Shown here in pieces: positions 34,540 through 43,393 of a stretch of DNA of 64,000 nucleotides (position 1 is the stretch's first letter; each line of letters opens with the position of its first letter). The position numbers and the translations under genes are program-made. The notes beneath the pieces were generated by a model. It saw only the letters and a list, made by a program, of their open reading frames with translations, was not told the origin of the DNA and searched no databases. The DNA is from Candidatus Poribacteria bacterium (GTDB taxonomy: Bacteria > Poribacteria > WGA-4E > WGA-3G): NCBI GenBank assembly GCA_965214095.1, contig OZ243938.1:4096001-4160000 (forward strand), given 5' to 3'.

Positions 34540-34849
34540 ATTTTGTGTAGCATCTGACAGCAAATTCATTGTGTTTATCTTGTAATTTCATGGTTTGCCT
34601 CCTTCTTGAAAAGTTACGAAACTGTAAGAAATCTCTTACAAACTGTAAGACGGACAAATTGTCTATACACGCAGTCTCTGTATGGCTTTATAGGGCATAA
34701 TCTGGTGGTACTAAAATTTAAATTTTGTAAACTGTAAGATTTTTCTGAGATGCTGACATTTGTCCGTTATTTTTGTATAGAAATGTATGATGAATTGCAT
34801 GAATATCGTCTTTTATAGTAGATTTTGAAATTACTTGAACGTTCTGCAT

Positions 34850-34877
34850 CGGCGAGGTTAGGCAACCTTGCCTACCG
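34850..34877 (-). repeat. GTAG-type REP-like hairpin
   Basis: CGGTAGGCAAGGTTGCCTAACCTCGCCG, same architecture as 40983 and 51027 copies. Confidence 0.7.
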
Positions 34878-35052
34878 TAGGTCGAAAGTGTTAACTTATA
34901 TTCATAATAGTTTCCATTATTTTGTTCTTATAAATTTCTTAATATTGTTATATTTTATAGAACATACGTTTTAAAATAAATAATAAATATATATTAACAT
35001 ATAAATTTACTTATGTCAAGTTATTTTTTGGCACTTTACCTATTCATTTTTC

Positions 35053-35081
35053 TTGACACTACGCCAAAAAACCCGTATAAT
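35053..35081 (+). promoter_or_regulatory. Consensus sigma70 promoter of nusB
   Basis: TTGACA-N17-TATAAT. Confidence 0.75.
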
Positions 35082-35121
35082 ATAACACGTCTTAATTACA
35101 TTGCATAAAATTGGAACACTA

Positions 35122-35547
35122 ATGCCCTCTCGTAGAAAATCTCGCATCATAGCGATGCAAATGCTATATCAAATCCATCAAACCGCCGACCCCGTACAAC
35201 TTGTCATAAAGCAGTTTTGGTTGAACCGGGAGATTTCTGTAGACTTGCGACACTTTACGCAGGAACTCGTTGTAGGCACAACCTCAAATTTGGAGACAAT
35301 AGATGCTGAACTCGAAGTTACATCCAAAAATTGGAAAATACATCGGATGCCTATTGTTGACCTATCAATACTTAGACTTGCAACTTATGAGATCTTATTC
35401 ATAGATGAAATTGATGCAGCAACATCCATAAATGAAGCAGTGGAAATTGCAAAATCATACAGCACAACTGATTCCCCGAAGTTTATTAACGGTATATTAG
35501 ACAATATACGCAAAAGACATCAGGAATCACCACAACAGAACACCTAA
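35122..35547 (+). CDS. nusB: Transcription antitermination factor NusB
   Basis: RRKSRIIAMQMLYQ, ILRLATYE, INEAVEIAK, FINGILD. Confidence 0.95.
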   Translation: MPSRRKSRIIAMQMLYQIHQTADPVQLVIKQFWLNREISVDLRHFTQELVVGTTSNLETIDAELEVTSKNWKIHRMPIVDLSILRLATYEILFIDEIDAATSINEAVEIAKSYSTTDSPKFINGILDNIRKRHQESPQQNT

Positions 35548-35605
35548 CCGTTGACATATCCTATCCACCAATATATACCAACAGGAATCAAATATAATAT
35601 ATCAA

Positions 35606-37393
35606 ATGCGAATTCTTAAAACCCTATTGCTCTGCACTTTGTTGTTAATTCCGATGGCTCTCCACGCAGCGCAAGAGTACAAATTCGTTGGAGAATTCGG
35701 TGGAAAAGGTGAGGGAGAAGCACAATTTGCTCAAACCTTGTTCATGGCATTTGGACCTGATGGGAGTATCTATGTCACTGACAATGAGAACTTCAAAATA
35801 CATAAGTTCTCTGAGACCGGGGAATTCCTGTTTGATATTGAGGTTACAGATACGGCTAAATTCCGATTTCTCAATCCATCAGCAACGGCAATTGGTGCCG
35901 ACGGTTCAATTTATGTGATGGATTGGATTCTGCAACACATAGAAGATACAAAGCATCCAAAACTATTCAACTATGGTCCCTGTGTTCACAAATTTGACGC
36001 GCAAGGACAATATGTATCTACGTTTCTATTACAGGATTACGATAAAAGGATTGACAACCTTGAAGCAGCAGCACCAGGTTTAGACAGTGATGGCAAATAC
36101 GCGCTCATCATTCCACAAGGTGACACCAAGCGCGACTTTTTACTTACAATCGATGCACAACATAATCTCTATGTATATGACGATGGTTCAATATACAAAC
36201 TTGATGCCAATGGAAAACCAATTCTCCGATTTGAAATATCGCAACCGGGAGTTGGACAAGTTTTCCAACCTGCTGATATGACAGTAGACAAATCAGGCAA
36301 CCTTTACATTGTAGATGAAAAAGGTCATCGGGTGGTGAAATACAATCCAGATGGGAAGTTTGTTCTTGCCTTTGGAGAATACGGGGATGCAGATCGAGAA
36401 TTTATCGCACCATTTCGAATTACTGCATTAACAGATGGAACACTCCTTGTTGCAGACAAAGCAAAGTATCTCAAGGATTTCCTGTCTACGTTACCAAAAC
36501 GACTTGACGATCCAACGCGCCGAATTGATGGACTTGCACGGACATTCCGCTACCGACTACGCAGAGTCCAACGATTTACAGCAGATGGAAAGTTGACACA
36601 AAAAATACTTATCCCTTTTCAACGAGAGACTGAAACTGATACCAATCTTCAACTGAAAGGGATTGACAGGATTGGAAACCTCTATTATCTCAATCCATCA
36701 CTGCTAAAGTTTCGCAAGTATGCTCCCAACACATCCTTGTTCTCTTCACTGTTTCAAACAGAACTGAAGTTACGTTTTACAAGAGATATGCAGGATATTG
36801 AAATAGACAATCAGGACGATCTTGATGCCGACCTATACACAAAATCCGATTTTGATGAGCAAATAATTCAGGATTCTGCTGACGCATTCCTGACCTTCAA
36901 ATACGATCTGAATGAGAATTATCGTATTGGATTATCCAATCAACTCACTTATGCGCGGATGACCGATACGAGTTTTTACAGAGCACAAGATTTTGAAGAT
37001 TTCCGCGGTAGATTCAATCAAGATGATAGGTCAACTGAATCCTCTTGGGATAACCGGGTTCAACTTGATTTCACTTGGATCCGAGACCAGGGCATCTATA
37101 ACTATCGTGAAGCGCGGATATATGCATACCTCAGTACTATCAATCTTGATTTCATCAATGATGCACTTGATAGGAGTAACTTCAGATTTTTCGATTTCTA
37201 TGCAAAACTCTCTGATTGGGGAGGTGGAATCCATTACGATTTAAGTCGAACATTCCGATTGCACTTTGAAGTTACACATTTCTTCGGAAAGAATAACTAT
37301 ACATATATTGATGAGACTGGCGACCTATATGCAACAGGATTCCAGCGAGCCGATACATACCGTGCTATACTGTATATAAACGGTTTCTTCTAA
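35606..37393 (+). CDS. Secreted NHL-repeat beta-propeller protein with probable C-terminal outer-membrane beta-barrel
   Basis: Signal peptide; NHL repeats (DGSIYV-D, SGNLYIVD); amphipathic strands; terminal Phe. Confidence 0.75.
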   Translation: MRILKTLLLCTLLLIPMALHAAQEYKFVGEFGGKGEGEAQFAQTLFMAFGPDGSIYVTDNENFKIHKFSETGEFLFDIEVTDTAKFRFLNPSATAIGADGSIYVMDWILQHIEDTKHPKLFNYGPCVHKFDAQGQYVSTFLLQDYDKRIDNLEAAAPGLDSDGKYALIIPQGDTKRDFLLTIDAQHNLYVYDDGSIYKLDANGKPILRFEISQPGVGQVFQPADMTVDKSGNLYIVDEKGHRVVKYNPDGKFVLAFGEYGDADREFIAPFRITALTDGTLLVADKAKYLKDFLSTLPKRLDDPTRRIDGLARTFRYRLRRVQRFTADGKLTQKILIPFQRETETDTNLQLKGIDRIGNLYYLNPSLLKFRKYAPNTSLFSSLFQTELKLRFTRDMQDIEIDNQDDLDADLYTKSDFDEQIIQDSADAFLTFKYDLNENYRIGLSNQLTYARMTDTSFYRAQDFEDFRGRFNQDDRSTESSWDNRVQLDFTWIRDQGIYNYREARIYAYLSTINLDFINDALDRSNFRFFDFYAKLSDWGGGIHYDLSRTFRLHFEVTHFFGKNNYTYIDETGDLYATGFQRADTYRAILYINGFF

Positions 37394-37458
37394 TTCTACT
37401 ATAGTTTGAGTACGCCCCATGTAATCGCCAATATAGTGTGGGGTTTCCGTGCCCCACC

Positions 37459-37687
37459 TTTGTCTGAACCAGGATTTCCAGATTTCCAGGATTATGCGTT
37501 AGTTCTCCCAATATCCTATTCATAGAACAAACTCGATCTTTGAATGGCACGTAGGATTATGAAACTCCCAATCCTGAAAATCTACTAATCCTGAAAATCC
37601 TGGTTCAGACAAAAGGAATACGACCCATAACGAAAATTAACGTTAGTGAATTATATTGAACAGAAATCCTAAAACCAAATAACCCTG
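37459..37687. repeat. Intergenic repeat copy 3 (inverted TTGTCTGAACC element + AAAACCAAATAACCCTG end)
   Basis: TTTGTCTGAACCAGGATTT...AAATCCTGGTTCAGACAAA inverted pair, then shared ~75-bp tail. Confidence 0.8.
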
Positions 37688-37912
37688 TATTTTTGCCAAA
37701 CTCACGTATATACATTGAATTTCAGAATAAAAAAACTTGCAAATTGATTTGAAATAACGTATGATTATACTTAACCATTAAACGCTCCGTTTGTAATCTA
37801 CACATAAACTCTATATATTCCTACTATCATTAAAATAAATTCGGTGTATTCATACCAACAGATTCTGAATTTTTACATTGATAGATAAGACTATATTACC
37901 GGGAGATCATAG

Positions 37913-38761
37913 ATGGCAACAATTGGCACAGGTGTTTACCAATATGAGGTAGTTGAAGGTTGGGGGATGATTCCTCAACTTGGACTCGTTTCCGGTGTGG
38001 CATGCGACTCAAATGATCGTGTGTATATCTACAACCGCAGTCCACAACCTGCAATGCTCGTATTTGATGCAGATGGAACTTTTATCACAGAATGGGGTAA
38101 AGATATATTCAAGAAACCCCATGGTATCTGGATTAGTCCAGATGATGAAATCTGGACAACTGACACTATAGACCACACTGTGCGGAAATTCTCGCTTAAT
38201 GGAGAACTGTTGCAGACTTATGGAACAGTGAATAAACCGGGAACACCAGGAACACCTTTCAACCAACCCACCCGTGCTGTCCTATCGTCATCTGGAGAGA
38301 TGTATGTCTCTGACGGTTACGGTCAATCGCGCGTCCATCGTATGACTGCAGAGGGTGAAGTTATCGTTTCATGGGGTGCGTCCGGCACTGGTTCCGGTGA
38401 ATTCAACCTGCCACACGATGTGACTGTTGACCATAACGACAAGGTTTATATTCTTGACCGAGGTAATTTAAGGTGCCAGATATTCAATAACAATGGCGAA
38501 TTCCTAACTGAATGGACTGACCTCGGTTCCCCTAACGATCTTTTCATTGACTCAGACAATATCATTCACATAGCAGAAGCGCGTCAAAGCATCTGTATCA
38601 TGACTCTTGATGGCGAAATCATCGGTCGGTGGGGTGAGAAGGGAACTGCTCCAGGCCAATTTAGCGACTCCCCTCACGGAATTTGGATAGATTCACACGG
38701 AGACATCTATGTCAGCGAAGTCATCGCTGAAAGAAGACTCCAAAAGTTTAAGAGGGTTTAA
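37913..38761 (+). CDS. NHL-repeat protein, peptidyl-alpha-hydroxyglycine lyase-like
   Basis: PHGIW, FNQPT, VSDGYG, FNLPHD, PHGIWIDSHGDIYV. Confidence 0.82.
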   Translation: MATIGTGVYQYEVVEGWGMIPQLGLVSGVACDSNDRVYIYNRSPQPAMLVFDADGTFITEWGKDIFKKPHGIWISPDDEIWTTDTIDHTVRKFSLNGELLQTYGTVNKPGTPGTPFNQPTRAVLSSSGEMYVSDGYGQSRVHRMTAEGEVIVSWGASGTGSGEFNLPHDVTVDHNDKVYILDRGNLRCQIFNNNGEFLTEWTDLGSPNDLFIDSDNIIHIAEARQSICIMTLDGEIIGRWGEKGTAPGQFSDSPHGIWIDSHGDIYVSEVIAERRLQKFKRV

Positions 38762-38765
38762 TAGT

Positions 38766-39659
38766 TTGAAAAAACAATACATTTACACTTTTAGCCTTAT
38801 ATTAATAGCACTTGCTATATGCACTTTCGCTTTTGCTGATGCGAATCATGAACATGCTGGCGACAAGATAAAAAAGTTGATAACTCAACCCTTAACATTC
38901 CAGTTAGCAGTTATCGCATTAGTCGTATCTTTTGTATTAGGTGGTCTACATGCATTGACTCCCGGACACGGAAAAGCAGTTGTTGCAGCATATCTTGTTG
39001 GAACAAAAGGAAGGGTTATTGATGCAATCTTTCTCGGTCTGATTGTCACCTTTACACACACTTTCAGTGTCATTTCAATCGGTATCATTCTGTTGTTTGC
39101 TAAAGAACGCATTGCACATGATGATATTGTTCTATGGTTGAGTCTTATCTCAGGTTTGCTCATTGTTGGTATCGGCGGATGGCTGCTTGCGAAAAATATG
39201 AAGCAGTATTATTCTGGTAGAACACACAATCACGGACATGATCATCCCCATGATCATGAACATACCCACGACCATGGAGATGGACATACGCATTCACACG
39301 GATTTGGTCATACACATAGCCACGTACCTACAGAACGAACAGGATTCTGGAGTTTATTATCCCTTGGTATTTCTGGTGGAATCGTCCCGTGTGTGGATGC
39401 ACTCATCGGTCTTCTATTTGCGATAAGTCTCAATAAACTAACATGGGGTATAATCATTCTGTGTGCATTCTCTCTGGGACTTGCGGCTGTATTGGTTGCT
39501 ATCGGTATCATGATGGTTATGGCAAAACCTGTGATTGAACGTTTTACAGGTAGAGGTGTTTGGCTACAACGTCTTCCCATTATCAGTGCTACCGTAGTAA
39601 TAGTACTAGGTGCGGTGTTAGTATTCAAAGCTCTCAATGATGTTGGTATTCAGATTTAA
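38766..39659 (+). CDS. Nickel/cobalt transporter (RcnA/NiCoT-like) with His-rich loop
   Basis: HALTPGHGK, HT, His-rich segment, GGIVPC, FSLGLA. Confidence 0.88.
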   Translation: MKKQYIYTFSLILIALAICTFAFADANHEHAGDKIKKLITQPLTFQLAVIALVVSFVLGGLHALTPGHGKAVVAAYLVGTKGRVIDAIFLGLIVTFTHTFSVISIGIILLFAKERIAHDDIVLWLSLISGLLIVGIGGWLLAKNMKQYYSGRTHNHGHDHPHDHEHTHDHGDGHTHSHGFGHTHSHVPTERTGFWSLLSLGISGGIVPCVDALIGLLFAISLNKLTWGIIILCAFSLGLAAVLVAIGIMMVMAKPVIERFTGRGVWLQRLPIISATVVIVLGAVLVFKALNDVGIQI

Positions 39660-39706
39660 CATCCACCGCTAACCATCAAGATATTATATAGATTGAAAGG
39701 AATACT

Positions 39707-40594
39707 ATGCCAAGAACCGTTGGTATTCTTAGTCCTGGTGATATGGGACACACCGTCGGAGATGTCCTTCGTCAAAACGGATTACGAGTTGTTACCTGCC
39801 TTGAGAGTAGAAGTTTACGTACCCGTGAACTTGCACAAAAAGCGGACATCGTAGACTTGCTTACCTACCAAACACTGATAACTGAAGCAGACCTGATCTT
39901 GTCAATAATGGTACCATCACAAGCAACTTCCGCGGCTGAAAAGGTCGCTGAAGCATTGCAGAAGGTTGACACAAATTTAACCTATGTTGACTGCAATGCA
40001 ATTGCACCACAGACGGTGTATAGAATCAGTGAAACGATTACATCCGTAGGGAGTAATTTCGTTGATGCTTCAATCATCGGTCCACCCCCGCGAACACCGG
40101 GGGCAACCCGATTTTATGCATCAGGACCAGAAATTACTTCATTCTTAGAACTGAAGGAATACGGATTGGATGTCCGGATACTTGGGGAGGAGATTGGACT
40201 CGCATCTGCAATTAAGATGTGCTATGCTTCTTTGACAAAAGGTTTGACCGCACTATGTACTGAGCTGCTTACTGCAGCAGAATTGTTGGGTGTATCCGAA
40301 GCACTTGCAGAAGAATTTCAATTGAGCCAGTCCGTCTTATATGAGAGAATGGAAAGAGGTCTACCAGGTATGCCGACTAAGGCGAAACGGTGGATTGGTG
40401 AAATGGAAGAAATATCGGACACCTTTGCTGATGTTGGGTTGACACCAAATATATTAACAGGTGCTGCAGATATGTATCGCCTTGTGAGTAGTACCCACCT
40501 TGCTGACTTATCTCCCGAAGCACGAGACCAATTTCCTACATTGAGTGAATTAATCATTACCTTGGCCGAACATAATAGCAAAAGGAATGGATAG
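39707..40594 (+). CDS. NAD(P)-dependent oxidoreductase (6PGDH/3-hydroxyisobutyrate dehydrogenase-like, DUF1932-type C-terminus)
   Basis: SPGDMG, DCNAIAP, IIGPPP, ASAIKMCYA, RWIGEMEEI. Confidence 0.82.
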   Translation: MPRTVGILSPGDMGHTVGDVLRQNGLRVVTCLESRSLRTRELAQKADIVDLLTYQTLITEADLILSIMVPSQATSAAEKVAEALQKVDTNLTYVDCNAIAPQTVYRISETITSVGSNFVDASIIGPPPRTPGATRFYASGPEITSFLELKEYGLDVRILGEEIGLASAIKMCYASLTKGLTALCTELLTAAELLGVSEALAEEFQLSQSVLYERMERGLPGMPTKAKRWIGEMEEISDTFADVGLTPNILTGAADMYRLVSSTHLADLSPEARDQFPTLSELIITLAEHNSKRNG

Positions 40595-40623
40595 ACACTT
40601 TTAGATCTAATCTCATAAATCAT

Positions 40624-40698
40624 TGTAGTGTAAGGTCTCTGTGAACCGTTGTTCTTACGTTATATTTGACATGACGGGTACAGAGACCCCGCACTACA
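40624..40698. repeat. Inverted doublet of TGTAGTGCGGGGTCTCTG-type REP
   Basis: TGTAGTGTAAGGTCTCTGTGAACCG ... CGGGTACAGAGACCCCGCACTACA; relatives at 37432 and 52057. Confidence 0.65.
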
Positions 40699-40982
40699 TA
40701 AGATTTATGGAGACATACTCTCTATACAATGACGACAGAGGTATTCAATTGTCTAGTGTCGTTGTTGTTGGAGGGGTTTCTAATACCATTCCTAAAAGAT
40801 AGGATTTCATTATGAGACTTGTAGGTTCACCCTAAAGTAGAGAATGTCCGAGACGCAATTCATTGCGCCTCTTATATTATTCTCTGCCTCAGTTTGAATT
40901 CATAATCTCATAATGAACTATTCTTTATTAGAAATGGTATAACCCCGATTTATAGTGAAATGTAAAAATACGGGCACACTCC

Positions 40983-41054
40983 CGGTAGATGCGGTTTCCT
41001 AACCGCATCTATGAGACTGAACAAACACCGGTTCGGTTAGGACTGAACCTACCG
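40983..41054. repeat. REPIN-like inverted doublet of GTAG REP hairpins
   Basis: CGGTAGATGCGGTTTCCTAACCGCATC ... CGGTTCGGTTAGGACTGAACCTACCG. Confidence 0.75.
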
Positions 41055-41220
41055 TCTTGTGTAAATAATTATGGTTTTTACTATTAAACCCAAGCATGAA
41101 TATTCGGACTTAGAAACCCGCCAACATAAATTTTTTTTGCCAATTGAATGCTCTGACAAAGACGAAATAACTCTTGATTTTTTTTGCAAAATGTTATCAT
41201 ATTTTTGAATTAGTAACAAG

Positions 41221-41305
41221 GTGTGCGATTCAGAGGAACCGGTGCAGTATGTTTAATTATTTCTTCTGTAACATCCTCAACCGGATTGGTGCTACACGCG
41301 CACAC
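41221..41305 (+). ncRNA. Candidate structured 5' leader RNA
   Basis: Closing stem GTGTGCG/CGCACAC enclosing crossed pairs GAGGA/TCCTC and CCGGT/ACCGG; between a TG-TATCAT -10 and ATG 41334. Confidence 0.4.
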
Positions 41306-41333
41306 GTTTATTCTAACGCTAAGTAGGTATAAC

Positions 41334-42091
41334 ATGGTACGCGACATCATAACCAATAAGTGGATACTTGGTGGTATATTACTGTTAATTATCATTGCCT
41401 GTGGGTGTTATTTTTGGTACCAATACACCCTTGCACCGTATAGAGAACAAGCCGCTAAGACTGAAGAAGTTGCTCGTAAATGGAAACTCGCTCAGAAAAC
41501 GAATAGCAACAGTGAGTCAGAAATAGCAGCCGATCAAACCCCTACGGATAGCACTGTGCCAACCGGAGAGAAACCGAGTTCACCTGAACTTCTACAGATC
41601 GGTGACATCGTGGATGGGAGAATATACTTAGGAACGGAACCCCCTTCACTAGAATTGCTCGCAGCATACGGTATTCATCCTCCATCTCAAGATGAGATTA
41701 TCTCTCCCTACGGGTTCGGACCTTATCCAGAATTACCGGAAGGGTTCGGTCCAATTACTTGGCCACGCAAGAGTGCTAATTCAGAATTGAGGATACTAAG
41801 ATCAAACTTCTAAAGCAAGGGGTACCTGTCGAAGGTTCTATTATGGAAAACGGCTTGGTATACCCGATCATAAAAGGTATCCGCTATGTAATATGGGGTG
41901 AGTCCGATGGAAAACAATATTTGCGAAGATCTCTGGGGCATCTTGATGATGGTGATTACATGAGGACTATCAGAAAGGAAAAAAAAGCGCGCGGTGAAAG
42001 CATAACCGCAGCCGATTTCCCCGGGATTAAACTTGTCCCTTTTGAAGAGGGCGGTATAGATCCCTATACTTTCCTTGATTTACCCAAATAA
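41334..42091 (+). pseudogene. Frameshifted membrane-anchored hypothetical protein
   Basis: First frame (MVRDIITNKWILGG...) stops at 41813; another frame from ~41798 reads KIKLLKQGVPVEGSIMENG into ORF 41843-42091. Confidence 0.65.
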
Positions 42092-42114
42092 GGAGAATTA
42101 TTATCACGAAGACA

Positions 42115-42215
42115 AAGCACTCCAGCGGAGTGCTTTGTGTTGGAATCACATGCCGCTCCGCTGGAACAGAAACCTTGGTCCACAATGTGACTATAACATA
42201 TTGCTCCGCTGGAGC
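42115..42215. repeat. GCTCCGCTGGAGC-type palindromic repeat cluster
   Basis: AAGCACTCCAGCGGAGTGCTT, GCTCCGCTGGAAC, GCTCCGCTGGAGC. Confidence 0.6.
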
Positions 42216-42395
42216 AAAGAGAAGTTTCATTCTGTCCAGTGTGTGCTGATTTGATAACATAAACGGTGATCCAAATGCTTGTCCCAACTTACGCTAGAAA
42301 AATTGTCCCAACTATAGTAATCTGAGGTAACATAACTAAAACATGAATGAGATACATTGTAGTATCTTCATTGACTACAAATACACAGCATTCCT

Positions 42396-43214
42396 CTATT
42401 GGTTTTCTGGTTCTACACTTTCCTCTTGTAATCCAAAAGGTTCTGTTAACCAATTTACAAATGCATCCGCATTTTCAAAAAATGAACGCATCAATGCGAA
42501 TTCTTCTGGTGTTGTAATTGCCGACATAAGATAACCTTCTTGTAGTCCGTAACTCTGGATACGGGATTTCCATGCTCTGTGAAACACTGCATTGTCTTCC
42601 ACCATTACTGCAGAAACTATACCCATCTTAATGATTTTGGACGAAAACCCACCGGTGTCAGAACTATTCTCCATTAATGGTTCGACCAAATGTTTTTGTA
42701 ATAAATCATTAAATTCTTTACTGGTATTTGCTTGGGTTTTGCCATCCCTACCCCATTCACGAAGTCTGTAATAGAAGTCTAACCAAATATTTTGGGTTAC
42801 CTCTCCAATGTCAGTTTCAAGAAACTGCGAGAGCCTTGACAAAACAACAGCTTTGTGATTCTGTGTTGGCATCATATTGATAAACGCAGCGTACTCGGAA
42901 TAATCTTCTCCATCTTGTAAATTCAAATATGTTAGATATGGCTCCGTAGATAACATGCTTTCTAATTCGTCTGGTTTTTCTGTTGTAGATATTTCAATAT
43001 GTTCCTTTAGTATTATTAAATAGAGTCTTTGTTGTTCTTCGTTAAGCGGAGTGTTAGCATACTGTCTGATTGAAATTGTATATTCCTCGTGTTTTTCTTG
43101 CATCTTGCCGAATTCTTGGACTATATCAACAATCCAAGGCACTACGAAGATTAAGCCAACAATTAGCAACAAGACTCCAATAATAGTTAGTATTAAACAT
43201 GTTGGTTTTTTCAT
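42396..43214 (-). CDS. Hypothetical protein with N-terminal membrane anchor
   Basis: GGAG RBS, one TM helix, long ORF. Confidence 0.7.
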   Translation of the reverse strand: MKKPTCLILTIIGVLLLIVGLIFVVPWIVDIVQEFGKMQEKHEEYTISIRQYANTPLNEEQQRLYLIILKEHIEISTTEKPDELESMLSTEPYLTYLNLQDGEDYSEYAAFINMMPTQNHKAVVLSRLSQFLETDIGEVTQNIWLDFYYRLREWGRDGKTQANTSKEFNDLLQKHLVEPLMENSSDTGGFSSKIIKMGIVSAVMVEDNAVFHRAWKSRIQSYGLQEGYLMSAITTPEEFALMRSFFENADAFVNWLTEPFGLQEESVEPENQ

Positions 43215-43393
43215 TGGATTCTCCAATTTTGTTTTATTCTATCGTAGCATCTTTGAGTCCAAATATCAATGATTATTGTGAAAGGATCGAAATGTGGCAA
43301 TCACAATATATGGTTTGGAACGATAGCACCCATGCAAGGCATTACCACCGTCCCAAATGTGTTTACTTAAGAATGCATTTCCTTGAGCATATA

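Noticed and set aside
39222-39325. Repetitive CAY-rich DNA
   Set aside because: Explained by the His-rich metal-binding loop of the Ni/Co transporter
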